A stretch of 64,000 nucleotides of DNA from Cyanophyceae cyanobacterium. Lineage in GTDB: Bacteria; Cyanobacteriota; Cyanobacteriia; Cyanobacteriales; JBHJGN01. The stretch lies in contig JBHJGN010000023.1 of assembly GCA_050331735.1 (NCBI GenBank), forward strand, positions 1 through 64,000. The letters are read 5' to 3'. The position numbers were made by a program, and so were the translations under genes. The number at the start of each line of letters is the position of its first letter. Position 1 is the stretch's first letter. Of the stretch, positions 1 to 10,603 are shown piece after piece. The notes beneath the pieces were generated by a model. That model saw only the letters and a program-made list of their open reading frames with translations. It had not been told where the DNA came from and ran no database searches.

Positions 1-1
1 T

Positions 2-232
2 ATGAAAACAGTCACACTAGACGAACTTAAAGAGCAAGTGCTATCGGCTGAACACGAAGCCCTCGCGATTGAACATCGCGGTCAGCTAGTCGGGTACTTT
101 TACCCTGCTAGTTCAGAAGCTGAAGTCAAAGCCGCTACCGAACGATTGCACAAGGCAACGAATGAAGTGATGCAAGAGACTGGCTGGAGCGAGGAAGAAT
201 TAGTGCAGGCGATGTCTAACAAACGAGATTGA
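2..232 (+). CDS. Phd/YefM-like (prevent-host-death) type II antitoxin
   Basis: 76 aa; N-terminal MKTVTLDELK..LAIEHRGQLVGYFYP Phd-like pattern; TGA stop overlaps the ATG of the downstream PIN gene. Confidence 0.7.
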   Translation: MKTVTLDELKEQVLSAEHEALAIEHRGQLVGYFYPASSEAEVKAATERLHKATNEVMQETGWSEEELVQAMSNKRD

Positions 233-663
233 TGCTCCGCTTAGTCGTTGATTCCAATGTTCTCATTGCCGAACTATTGCGAAAACGAGGGCGAGATTTA
301 ATTGCCATACCAAAACTCGAAATTTATCTAGCTCAAAAAGTTAGAAGCGAAACAGAGTATGAGCTAGGACAACGAATGTCTCGTATTGTTGCTCAAGGAA
401 AAATTAGTAATGCAGCAGGAGAGGAACAGCTACAGGCAGCAATGCAGCTCGTTGAGAAGCTGCGATTTGTTCCTCAAGCGTTTTACCAGCGATGGGAAGT
501 AGAAGCCAGACGGCGCATTCCAAGAGATCCAAATGACTGGGAAATAGTCGCTTTAGCTCTAGCACTGCCAGCAGCAATTTGGACAGAAGACTACAATTTC
601 TTTGGCTGTGGATGTCCAACTTGGACAACAGAAACCCTGTTGATTCAGTTGAGACGTAAATGA
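232..663 (+). CDS. PIN-domain (VapC-like) ribonuclease toxin
   Basis: LVVDSNVL, RDPNDW and IWTED PIN acidic motifs; TGATG coupling to the upstream antitoxin. Confidence 0.85.
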   Translation: MLRLVVDSNVLIAELLRKRGRDLIAIPKLEIYLAQKVRSETEYELGQRMSRIVAQGKISNAAGEEQLQAAMQLVEKLRFVPQAFYQRWEVEARRRIPRDPNDWEIVALALALPAAIWTEDYNFFGCGCPTWTTETLLIQLRRK

Positions 664-1012
664 GCTTGAGTCGTTCACAGACTTGGAGAAGCAAACGGCT
701 GAATGAAAGAGCGATCGCCACTCCTCGACATGAAGTTAAACGAGATTTCTGGTACGCTCAGTGCAACTAGATAACTCAAATTAAGAATCATGTGTATGTG
801 GAAGCGGTCAAGCGATCCGAAGGCTGGGCTATCAACACAATTTTTCCCCTTTCCCCGTCCCCACCTGCTCAGGCTTAAGACAGCCAATTTCAGCGGCTAC
901 TCGACGCAGCAGTACTGGAGCGCTCATCCTAAATCTTTCTGAAGAGGGATTCAACTAGCTATTGTTCTAGGTTGAGTATTGGTGTCTTTGCCAAAACCGC
1001 TGACCCAGAAGG

Positions 1013-1762
1013 CTACTTGTCCCTAACCATAAAGCTTTTATGCGGTCCGCAAACATCTTCATCGGCTAATGTAGAGTAGCTCCATTCAATGTTGGCGCAC
1101 AGCCCATCAAGATCGGGAAAAATGGTGGCGGCGTTGACGCCAACCCGGTCCAGTTCAAAGCGAATGCGGGCAAACTTTTCGGAGGGAATCATTAGCTTGG
1201 TTAGCAGAGGTTTGTAGGTGGCATCTTCTTCTAAGGCAATAAACTTTTGGAGATCCCGACTGAAGTGGTGAATTGTAAACCATCCCATTTGAGAGCTAAT
1301 CCTCTGAGTAACAATTCTGGGTTTAAACAAGCGAGTTTGAGTAACCTGAAAGGGATCTTCGTGGTGAGAGGGGGTAAAGTAATCTTTCTGGTTGGGTTGA
1401 AACACCCACAGGACTCCAGGATGAGTCTCTGCTGGCGGCTTGGAAACGGTAAACCAGAGAGCGACTAGGGGGTTAACGCTCCAGTCTAGGAGTCTGGTTG
1501 CCAGACCGTGATGCTGCATGAGTGCGAGCCAGTCCCACGCAGATTCTGGCTGTCTGTCCAGGAGGGGAACGCTGCGACCCTTGAAGTCGTCGAACATGGC
1601 CTGTTCGGCTTCCAGTAGAGAGAGAGGAGTCGTCAGACGGGCCAGCTTCGGTAACAGGGGACGCTCGCGCCTCTGACCGCGATAGATCGCCCGTTTTCCT
1701 CGATTGATTTCCCCAAGACACTCGACAAACTGGGGGACAGAGTTGATGGCATATTCCTGCAT
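1013..1762 (-). CDS. FRG domain protein
   Basis: IYRGQ, MQHHGLATRLLDWSVNPLVALWF, RISSQMGWFT and GVNAATIFPDLDG motifs typical of the FRG family; ATG at 1762 (ORF extends to TTG 1771). Confidence 0.88.
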   Translation of the reverse strand: MQEYAINSVPQFVECLGEINRGKRAIYRGQRRERPLLPKLARLTTPLSLLEAEQAMFDDFKGRSVPLLDRQPESAWDWLALMQHHGLATRLLDWSVNPLVALWFTVSKPPAETHPGVLWVFQPNQKDYFTPSHHEDPFQVTQTRLFKPRIVTQRISSQMGWFTIHHFSRDLQKFIALEEDATYKPLLTKLMIPSEKFARIRFELDRVGVNAATIFPDLDGLCANIEWSYSTLADEDVCGPHKSFMVRDK

Positions 1763-1772
1763 AGTTAGCAAG

Positions 1773-2588
1773 TCAGTTCAATTGATCTTTATTTAGTGAT
1801 GTAGTCGGTTTTTGGGCAATAACTCCCACTGTGGCATAGTAAATAGCCCAGGTATTCTGATCATCAGCAAATTGACAATAGCGCTTAATGTCTTCAGGTG
1901 TCACTTCGCCTGTTGCTAGATACTTCTCCGCCAGTTGCACAGTAGATAATTTCATGACGGTTGCTACTCCCGAACCGCCTGGAGAGAGAGGAGTATCGTT
2001 TTCTACAGTTAGCTGCTGTAATCCAAGCTTTTGCAGATGTGAGGGTAGGTGAACACCAAGAGCATAATCCATACCTCGGCTAGCAAACATTTGCAGGATC
2101 GCTTGATTGACTCGATTGACCGACTGACACGCTGCTTCATCGCCAGCGATCGCTCTTGCTGCCGAAAAATCAGGTTCTTCAACCACAAGCCAACCACCGG
2201 GTTTGAGTAGATCGATCATCCTCGATAGAGCCACCTGAAAATCGGAAATGTGAATCAGCACGTAACGAGCATGAACTAAATCAAAGGTATTATTTTCTAG
2301 AGAAGCCTGTCGAATATCTGCTTGTAAAATCTCAACGTTGGGCAGTTGTAAATTGGTTAGAAAGCGAGTGTCTAGATCGACAGCAACGACTTGACCGCCT
2401 CCGACAACTGCTGCTAACCATCGCGTGATTGACCCTGCTCCCGCACCAACCTCGAGACACTGCCACTCTACTGAAATTCCGGTAGCGTTGATTCTTTGAC
2501 GGCTGGCGGGATCGAACACTTGCTCAATTGCCTGGAGTCGTTCTAATTCGCTCACTTGCTGAGCATCTGTAAAGATGTACTGAGACAC
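1773..2588 (-). CDS. class I SAM-dependent methyltransferase
   Basis: CLEVGAGAG motif I, VAVDLD, FDLVHAR, LKPGG; GGAGG RBS before the GTG start. Confidence 0.9.
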   Translation of the reverse strand: MSQYIFTDAQQVSELERLQAIEQVFDPASRQRINATGISVEWQCLEVGAGAGSITRWLAAVVGGGQVVAVDLDTRFLTNLQLPNVEILQADIRQASLENNTFDLVHARYVLIHISDFQVALSRMIDLLKPGGWLVVEEPDFSAARAIAGDEAACQSVNRVNQAILQMFASRGMDYALGVHLPSHLQKLGLQQLTVENDTPLSPGGSGVATVMKLSTVQLAEKYLATGEVTPEDIKRYCQFADDQNTWAIYYATVGVIAQKPTTSLNKDQLN

Positions 2589-2646
2589 GTTGACACCTCC
2601 AATAAGTAACGCAGTCCTAATGCTTTAATGCAAACTGCGAGCTTTG

Positions 2647-3979
<1,333 letters not shown>

Positions 3980-3983
<4 letters not shown>

Positions 3984-4206
3984 AAATTCTGCTAGATACG
4001 CACATTTTCCTGTGGTTCATCAGTGGAGACGAGCGATTACACACTGACCTCATTTAGAGGAAGAAAGCATCGTTCAACTTGTTAACTTGCCTTTGCTACA
4101 CTGCGATCCGTCTGATCGCATGCTGATTTGTCAATCACTACAGCATGAGTTGACCATCGCTACGGTAGATAGCGCGATTCGTGTTTACTCAGTCAGTATT
4201 ATTTAG
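3980..4206 (+). pseudogene. vapC/PIN toxin remnant with internal deletion and frameshift
   Basis: MKILLDTHIFLWFISGDERL then stop at 4057; another frame continues LPLLHCDPSDRMLICQSLQHELTIATVDSAIRVYSVSII* (decayed HRDPFDR motif); the central part of the domain is missing. Confidence 0.85.
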
Positions 4207-4274
4207 CCATTGAGTAAGACTGACGGTAAACACGTTAAAAGCGATCGCCTCCTTTTTCTCCGCAACGGTCAATA

Positions 4275-4364
4275 GCAAGTGTCTAAATCGACAGCAACGG
4301 CTTCACCGCGTTCTCCAACAATGGCTGCTAGCCACTGAGTCATTGAGACTGCTCCCGCACCAAC
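4275..4364 (-). pseudogene. fragment paralogous to the 1773-2588 methyltransferase (motif I region)
   Basis: translates as VGAGAVSMTQWLAAIVGERGEAVAVDLDTC vs VGAGAGSITRWLAAVVGGGQVVAVDLDTR encoded at about 2364-2450. Confidence 0.8.
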
Positions 4365-4507
4365 GCTCAATTTAGGCAACGCAACCTTCCCTTTGCATAG
4401 ATCTCTTTACATTTCTTAACACTATTTCTTGTTATTTTATTTCACCATTAAATCAAGAGAATTAACACCTTACCACGAAGCAATGCTTCCGACTAGAAAT
4501 ACCAACC

Positions 4508-6376
4508 GTGAAGCTTAGAACCAAGATTCTGATTGGTTATGGCGTTGCCTTAGCGCTGGTTATCCTCGTATGCGGCTGGGGAATCGTCAATTTGCGTCGC
4601 CTTGGCAGAGCGAGCGAGGCGATTTTGCGAGAAAACTACCGCAGCATTTTGGCCGCAGAAAACATGATCGATGCGATTGAACGGCAGGATAGCGCTAATT
4701 TGTTGTTTTTGTTAGAAAACCAGCAGCAAGGGGTCGAGCAGTTTCGGGAAAACGAAATCTTGTTCTTGCAGTGGTTAGCTCGTGCTAAAGATAACGTAAC
4801 GATTTCTGGAGAAGATCAGCTACTGGCTACCCTGGAGGAGGAATATAAGAATTATCTTGATGCTTCTTACCAGCTCCAGCAACGAAACCAAAACCCAATC
4901 AACGCCTCTACATCCCAATATTATGAAACCGTGTTCCCGATTTTTGAGCGGGTGCAAGCAGCTAGCGTTGAGTTGCGAGAACTCAATCAAGAAACGATGG
5001 TAGCTGCTTCCGACCAAACTCAAGATATCTCTGAGCAGGCGATTTGGTCGATGGTAGCCGCTGGAGGAACCGCCGCCGGGGTAGGTTTAGTCTTTAGCCT
5101 ACTGCTGTCTAATCGCATTGTGCAGCCTTTAAAGCAGATGAGTCGCGCTACTTCGCGCATTGCCGAAGGAGACTATGATATCGCCATTCCCCTGAAGTCT
5201 AAAGATGAATTAGGTCGCTTAGCAAGAGAAATTACCGCAATGAGCCAGAAGCTGAAGGCTTTTCACGAGCTGAATGTCGGGAAAGTGATTGCGGAGAAGC
5301 AGCGGAGCGAGGCAATTATTCAAAGCATCAGCGATGGGCTAATTGTAGTTGATGCTGATTTTAAAGTGATGGCGATTAATCCGGCAGCAGCAGCACTAAC
5401 CAATCTCTCTTCTTCATTGGCAACACGCAGTCACTTTCTCGATGTCGTCAATAATCAAGACCTTTATCAATACATCAAAACGACGGCGGAAACTGGCACC
5501 CCCCCACAACTGCCGGAGGAGCAAAAGATTCTCGCGCTCGAAAGAGGAGAGAAAACTCAATATTACAAATTTGCGATTACGTCTGTAACGAGCGAAGCCG
5601 GAGCCATGCTAGGAGTAATCCTCTTGCTCCAAGACGTGACTAAACTTAAAGAGTTAGACCAACTCAAAAGTGAGTTTGTCGCTACTGCCTCTCACGAACT
5701 GCGAACCCCGCTAACGGGGATGTCGATGAGCTTGAGCCTACTGCTAGAAACGGCGGCAGAAAAACTGTCTGAGCGAGAACAGGAATTATTAACCTCAGCA
5801 GAGGAAGATGTAGAGCGCTTGCGAGATCTGGTTAATGACCTCCTCGACCTATCGAAAATAGAATCGGGACGCATTGAAATGGAGTTTACCTCGGTAGAGG
5901 TAGACTTATTGCTCGAAAAAGCTGCTTCGATGCTGCAAGTACAGGCTCAGGAGAAGCAGATTGACCTCGTTAAGCAAGCTCTCCCCGATTCACCAAAAGT
6001 CAAGGCAGATCCAAACAAGATTATTTGGGTGCTGACTAATCTGATTGCTAACGCTATCCGCTACACGGACTCAGGCAAAGAAATCCGCTTAGAAGCCAAG
6101 CATCGGGGAACCTGGGTGCAACTCTCTGTGGTGGATGAGGGTGCCGGGATTCCTTATGAGTATCAGGAGCGGATTTTTGATAAGTTTGTGCAGGTAAAAA
6201 CGGAAAAAGATGTTGGCGGCAGTGGATTAGGACTAGCCATTTGTCAGGAAATTGTCAAGGCCCACGGAGGGACAATTTGGGTGGACTCTACCCCCGGTGA
6301 AGGCAGCACGTTCTCGTTTACCGTACCAGCAACGAATTATTCAATGACCACGAACAAGGAGTTAGCGAATGAATAG
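4508..6376 (+). CDS. membrane sensor histidine kinase (4-helix periplasmic sensor, HAMP, PAS, HisKA, HATPase; KinB-like)
   Basis: two TM helices; HAMP (PLKQM..DELGRL); H-box ASHELRTPL; N-box NLIANAIRY; DEGAGI and GSGLGLAI G-boxes. Confidence 0.93.
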   Translation: MKLRTKILIGYGVALALVILVCGWGIVNLRRLGRASEAILRENYRSILAAENMIDAIERQDSANLLFLLENQQQGVEQFRENEILFLQWLARAKDNVTISGEDQLLATLEEEYKNYLDASYQLQQRNQNPINASTSQYYETVFPIFERVQAASVELRELNQETMVAASDQTQDISEQAIWSMVAAGGTAAGVGLVFSLLLSNRIVQPLKQMSRATSRIAEGDYDIAIPLKSKDELGRLAREITAMSQKLKAFHELNVGKVIAEKQRSEAIIQSISDGLIVVDADFKVMAINPAAAALTNLSSSLATRSHFLDVVNNQDLYQYIKTTAETGTPPQLPEEQKILALERGEKTQYYKFAITSVTSEAGAMLGVILLLQDVTKLKELDQLKSEFVATASHELRTPLTGMSMSLSLLLETAAEKLSEREQELLTSAEEDVERLRDLVNDLLDLSKIESGRIEMEFTSVEVDLLLEKAASMLQVQAQEKQIDLVKQALPDSPKVKADPNKIIWVLTNLIANAIRYTDSGKEIRLEAKHRGTWVQLSVVDEGAGIPYEYQERIFDKFVQVKTEKDVGGSGLGLAICQEIVKAHGGTIWVDSTPGEGSTFSFTVPATNYSMTTNKELANE

Positions 6377-7025
6377 CGCCAGAATCTTAATTGTCGATGA
6401 TGAAAAGAATATCCGCAATACCATAGCGCAAGCTTTAGAATCGCTTGGTCATTTTGTTCACGTCGCCTTTGACGGGAAAGATGCCATGATGCAGTTGGAA
6501 GCCGATGAATACGATCTGATTTTGACAGATTTAAAGATGCCAGGGATAGACGGGCTCGAACTGTTGCGACGGGCTGTTGATGAGTATCCCTCTGTTCAAA
6601 TTGCCGTGATTTCTGCTCACGGGACGGTAGAAAATGCCGTAGAAGCGATGAAGCTGGGGGCAATAGATTTTCTACAAAAGCCGTTTACCCCGCGAGAGCT
6701 GCGGGATTTTGTCTATAACATTTTAGAAAGGGGAACTGGGAACCAAGAGCAATCTGATTACCAGACTACCCTGGGGATGGCAAAGGACGATGCCAGCAAG
6801 CGACAGTTTGACAGCGCGATCGCCCGCGCAAAAGCGGCAATCGGCCTCGATCCTTCTCAACCAGAGGCCTTTACTCTTTTAGGAGAACTGCAAGAAGTGT
6901 TAGGCGATCGCCCTGAAGCTGTCAAAAACTATCGGGTGGCGGTTAACCTCGACCCGACCTACAAAAGAGCCCAAGATAACCTGTCTCGCGCTACGCGCTC
7001 GCCCAAGAGCCGACCCACTTTGTAA
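6369..7025 (+). CDS. response regulator, REC + TPR, no DNA-binding domain
   Basis: ILIVDDE, LTDLKMP, ISAHG, QKPF intact; C-terminal AIGLDPSQPEAFTLLG..AVNLDPTY TPR; overlaps the kinase stop. Confidence 0.9.
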   Translation: MNSARILIVDDEKNIRNTIAQALESLGHFVHVAFDGKDAMMQLEADEYDLILTDLKMPGIDGLELLRRAVDEYPSVQIAVISAHGTVENAVEAMKLGAIDFLQKPFTPRELRDFVYNILERGTGNQEQSDYQTTLGMAKDDASKRQFDSAIARAKAAIGLDPSQPEAFTLLGELQEVLGDRPEAVKNYRVAVNLDPTYKRAQDNLSRATRSPKSRPTL

Positions 7026-7037
7026 CTGGGCGATCGC

Positions 7038-7290
7038 CTAGTCTTGAGGGGGGAAATGGACAATCAAAATCGAAGTATCTGGATGGGAACGGGCGATCGC
7101 TTCCGGGGCTACCCCTAGCGCAGACTGTCTCGGCATTCTTTTGCTATGAGTATTGACTTCTAATACCAGCAAGTCGTTGCGGTGGATTCTTTGGGAAACT
7201 TGCTTGATAAAATTGCCCTGCACCTGTCCGATAAAATCCTCTGAACTGAGTTGAGATAACTCTACAGGGGTTAACTGCTTTTGTTTTTTG
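7038..7290 (-). pseudogene. out-of-frame C-terminal part (second Usp-like region) of the cation/H+ antiporter
   Basis: open frame KQKQLTPVELSQ..GNFIKQVSQ..ALGVAPEAIARSHPDTSILIVHFP*; one extra A in the run at 7284-7289 fuses it to 7271-9058. Confidence 0.7.
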
Positions 7291-9058
7291 TAACGACTAA
7301 TAAAACCTGAAGGCTAGCTTTGAGTTCGGATGCCAGTAGCTTAGCAATTGTCAGGGTTTGCTCAAATTCTGCTGAGAGTGCCTGCCGTTTGGTGACGGGA
7401 AGAAAAACTCTAGCGGTGTTGGCGATCGGCTGAGGAAAGCGAGAAATCAACACCGGGACTGAGGCTTGCTGCGCGACAGTATCGATTACGCTACCAAAGA
7501 AGTTTTCTTGGTAGGTAGAAAAGCCTTTCCAACCGCAGACGATTAAGCTAGCATGGCGTTCAACGGCTGTCCGCACAATGCCCCGATCGATCGCATCATC
7601 GACGCGACCAATCGGTTCAACCGCCGCCGCCGCCGCGTGAGCCAGATCTTCCGCCGCCGCTAGCAGTTGTTTCTGCTGCGATCGCGCCCCAGCAGAAACA
7701 GGTCCATTATGGTCGGAAAGAACATGGAGGGGGAGTAAAGTGCCGCCTGCTGCTTTGGTAAGAATTAGGGCTAAATTCAAGAGGTTATTTTCGGTACTAG
7801 GGTTAGCAACCGGGACTAAAACGCGCTGCGCTAACTGAGCCTCGCTAGGGGCAGCGTTTACCTGCACAGGTGACTCTACTTGCCTCCCCCACTTCTCGGT
7901 AATCCAGGGAGAAGCAATACAGGTAAACAAAATCATTGCTACAACCCCATTGACGGTTAACTGATCCACCAGTTCAATCTCATAAGCAACGGTAATTGCC
8001 GCTAGAGTCGAGGCTGCCTGAGCAATGGAAAGACCAAACATCACCATCACGCTCGGAAATTGCAAGCCAAACCGCTTACCGGCCCCCCACGCTGCTGCAA
8101 ACTTACTCAATACCTCCGCGACAATCATGACTCCTGCTACCATTAAAGACTGAGGCTCCCTAATCAGAATCAAGGGATCGATCAGCATCCCCACAGAAAT
8201 CAGAAAAAAGGGCACAAATAGCGTGTTGCCGATAAACTGAATCCGGTTCATCAGCGGACTCAGTTGCGGGATCAGGGGAGTGAGAGCGATGCCTGCCAGA
8301 AACGCGCCGATAATTGGCTCAATCTCAATTAGTCCCGCAAAATAGGAGACGATGAACAGGGTTGCCAAGACAAAGATAAATTCTGCCCCTTCATCGTGCC
8401 CAAAGCGCCGAAAAAACCAGCGTCCGAGTTTTGGCACTCCCCACAGGGTAGCGAAGGTATAAATCGTTAGGGCGGGAATGAGAAATAGCCAAAAACTCAG
8501 GGTGAGGTTGCCCTCGTGAGCCTTAACGACTACGGCTAAAACTAGCAAAGCCAGGACGTTAGTAATGAGGGTTGCTCCTAGAGTTGCCGTCACAGCCGGA
8601 GTTCGCATGATTCCTAGCTTATTGAGAATTGGCAGCGCTAAGAGCGTATGGGAAGCAAAACAAGAGGCAACTAAAACGGCGGCCAGGAAGCTGTATCCTA
8701 ATATCAGCATTGCCCCAGTTCCCAACACCATCGGAGCAATGAAGGTGGCTAGCCCAAAGACAGTAGCTTTATCGCCATTGTCTTTGAGGTCATCGAGGCT
8801 GGTTTCTAGCCCTGCCATAAACATCAAAAACAGCAGTCCCACCGTCCCCAGCAGGATAATATTACTCCCGCGTTCTAAAAGCCCAATTCCATAAGGACCA
8901 ACAACCACCCCAGCTAAAATTAAGCCAACAATGCCGGGAAGCTGCAATCGCTCAAACAGTAGCGGCGCAACTAACATAATTGCCAGGATGGTGAGAAAGA
9001 CCGCTACTGGATCGGTAATAGGACCAGAGAGCAACGACGCAAGTAACCAGGTGTTCAT
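7271..9058 (-). CDS. CPA2 family cation/H+ antiporter with C-terminal Usp domain(s), frameshifted near the 3' end
   Basis: about 12 TM; LPGIVGLILAGVVVGP, FMAGLE, IIGAFLAG, FVPFFLISVG; Usp-like RVLVPVANP..IVCGWKG..GSVIDTV. Confidence 0.9.
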   Translation of the reverse strand: MNTWLLASLLSGPITDPVAVFLTILAIMLVAPLLFERLQLPGIVGLILAGVVVGPYGIGLLERGSNIILLGTVGLLFLMFMAGLETSLDDLKDNGDKATVFGLATFIAPMVLGTGAMLILGYSFLAAVLVASCFASHTLLALPILNKLGIMRTPAVTATLGATLITNVLALLVLAVVVKAHEGNLTLSFWLFLIPALTIYTFATLWGVPKLGRWFFRRFGHDEGAEFIFVLATLFIVSYFAGLIEIEPIIGAFLAGIALTPLIPQLSPLMNRIQFIGNTLFVPFFLISVGMLIDPLILIREPQSLMVAGVMIVAEVLSKFAAAWGAGKRFGLQFPSVMVMFGLSIAQAASTLAAITVAYEIELVDQLTVNGVVAMILFTCIASPWITEKWGRQVESPVQVNAAPSEAQLAQRVLVPVANPSTENNLLNLALILTKAAGGTLLPLHVLSDHNGPVSAGARSQQKQLLAAAEDLAHAAAAAVEPIGRVDDAIDRGIVRTAVERHASLIVCGWKGFSTYQENFFGSVIDTVAQQASVPVLISRFPQPIANTARVFLPVTKRQALSAEFEQTLTIAKLLASELKASLQVLLVVTKNKSS

Positions 9059-9275
9059 TCAGAATTGAGTAAGTTCTCTACTGCATGGCAAAACAGTTTT
9101 GGAGTGTCGGTAGGAAGATAGCCAATCGGCTTGTGCACGTCAGCTAATGCCCCTAACTTCATTGCCTCAAAAGCTTCCTCTAGAGTAGCGCGAGCAGAAA
9201 CCATAATCACCTTGAAATTGGGATATTGGCGATGAACCTGGGCGATGAACCTGTTGGAGTACTTCTAATTCTCTG
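9055..9275 (-). pseudogene. receiver-domain (response regulator) remnant
   Basis: LEVLQQVHR/QYPNFKVIMVSARATLEEAFEAMKLGA..HKP..LLNSE*; perfect 13-bp tandem duplication GGCGATGAACCTG at 9228-9253 breaks the frame; TGA overlaps the antiporter ATG. Confidence 0.8.
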
Positions 9276-9475
9276 AACAGTCCGGAAAGTATGCGATCGC
9301 TTTTTGTGATCAAAAAGAAGTTCACTGCCCTGACAAACTTCGATCTTCAGAATTGAGTCGCCACCCCCTCGTTAAAGCATTGGATTCTCTCAAAGCTGTC
9401 TGATGTTTTTGACCGTGAGCTGGCCAAATTGGTTTACTCTTAAGAATATTATCTTCTCCCTCATCTTTAGTCGCT

Positions 9476-9883
9476 ATGGCAAACAAGTATATGGTTGTAG
9501 TGGGCTGTGGTCGTTTGGGGTCGCTGCTGGCTTCTCGGCTGAGCGGTCAAGGGAACAGCGTGGTAGCAATTGACTGCCAAGAAGCGTCTTTTAACAACCT
9601 GACCAGCGAATTTAGCGGCTTTCAGATCGTTGCTGATGCTGCGGAACTAGAAGTGCTTCGCATGGCGAAAGCCGACAAAGCCGATTGCTTGCTGGCTGTA
9701 ACCAACAAAGACAACATCAACTTGATGGTGGCGCAGGTAGCAAAAACCGTTTTTAAGGTTCCCGTCGTCTTAGCGCGGGTTTTCGATCCGGCTAGAGAGA
9801 AAATTTACCGCGAGTTTGGCATTGCTACTATCAGTCCGACTAATCTATCTGCTGATGCTTTTATGGCAAACCTTCCCAGCTAA
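9476..9883 (+). CDS. trkA: TrkA-family K+ transport regulator, RCK_N domain only
   Basis: VVVGCGRLG Rossmann motif; AVTNKDNINL; 135 aa, no RCK_C. Confidence 0.85.
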   Translation: MANKYMVVVGCGRLGSLLASRLSGQGNSVVAIDCQEASFNNLTSEFSGFQIVADAAELEVLRMAKADKADCLLAVTNKDNINLMVAQVAKTVFKVPVVLARVFDPAREKIYREFGIATISPTNLSADAFMANLPS

Positions 9884-9904
9884 CCCTCATCAAACTGTAT
9901 AACC

Positions 9905-10564
9905 ATGAGAATTATTCTGATTGGCAGTGGCAAGCTGGCTTATTTTTTAGCCAAACAATTTGCAAGTAAAAACTACCAGACAACAATTATTAATTCGGAT
10001 ATCGACGAAGCCACGCTTTTGTCTCGGCAGCTTAAATCTACCGTTATTCACGGCGAGGGCAGCGCCTCACAAACTCTCTCCGAAGCAGGCGCGTATCAGG
10101 CTGATGTAGTACTCTCTCTCACTTCTTACGACGAAGATAATTTAATTGCCTGTCAGATTGCTCAAAAAGAGTACGGCGTTCCTCGCACCATCGCTTTAGT
10201 CAACGATCCAGAAAACCAAGAGGTGTTTGAGAAACTGGGCATTACCACGGCATTTTCTGCCACTCAAATTATCGCTAGTCTGATTGAACAACAGACCAGT
10301 TCTGAAGAAATCAAAAATTTACTGCCAATCGCCGAAGGAAAAGTCAACGTCACAGAAATTGCGCTGCAACCAGAACACTCAGTCATAGGACAAACAATAG
10401 ACGATCTTAAGCTCCCCACTGGCAGCTTAGTTGCCTGCATTCTGCGCCAGGGAGAAGTGATTGTTCCCAGTGGCGAAAATCGCCTAGAGTCGCAAGACCG
10501 CTTAGTGCTGATCAGTCAACCCGAAAGTTACGGGCAACTGATGCGTCTACTTGCCGATGCCTAG
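9905..10564 (+). CDS. trkA: TrkA-family K+ transport regulator (RCK_N + RCK_C)
   Basis: IILIGSGKLA, HGEGS, DEDNL; RCK_C IGQTIDDLKLP..ILRQGEVIVPSG. Confidence 0.9.
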   Translation: MRIILIGSGKLAYFLAKQFASKNYQTTIINSDIDEATLLSRQLKSTVIHGEGSASQTLSEAGAYQADVVLSLTSYDEDNLIACQIAQKEYGVPRTIALVNDPENQEVFEKLGITTAFSATQIIASLIEQQTSSEEIKNLLPIAEGKVNVTEIALQPEHSVIGQTIDDLKLPTGSLVACILRQGEVIVPSGENRLESQDRLVLISQPESYGQLMRLLADA

Positions 10565-10603
10565 TTGACCGCGATCGTTCCTATTTGTAAAGGAGAACAG
10601 CTA

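Noticed and set aside
675..887. 70-aa minus-strand ORF
   Set aside because: No recognisable motif or RBS; it includes a GGGGAAA repeat remnant and a HIP1 site.
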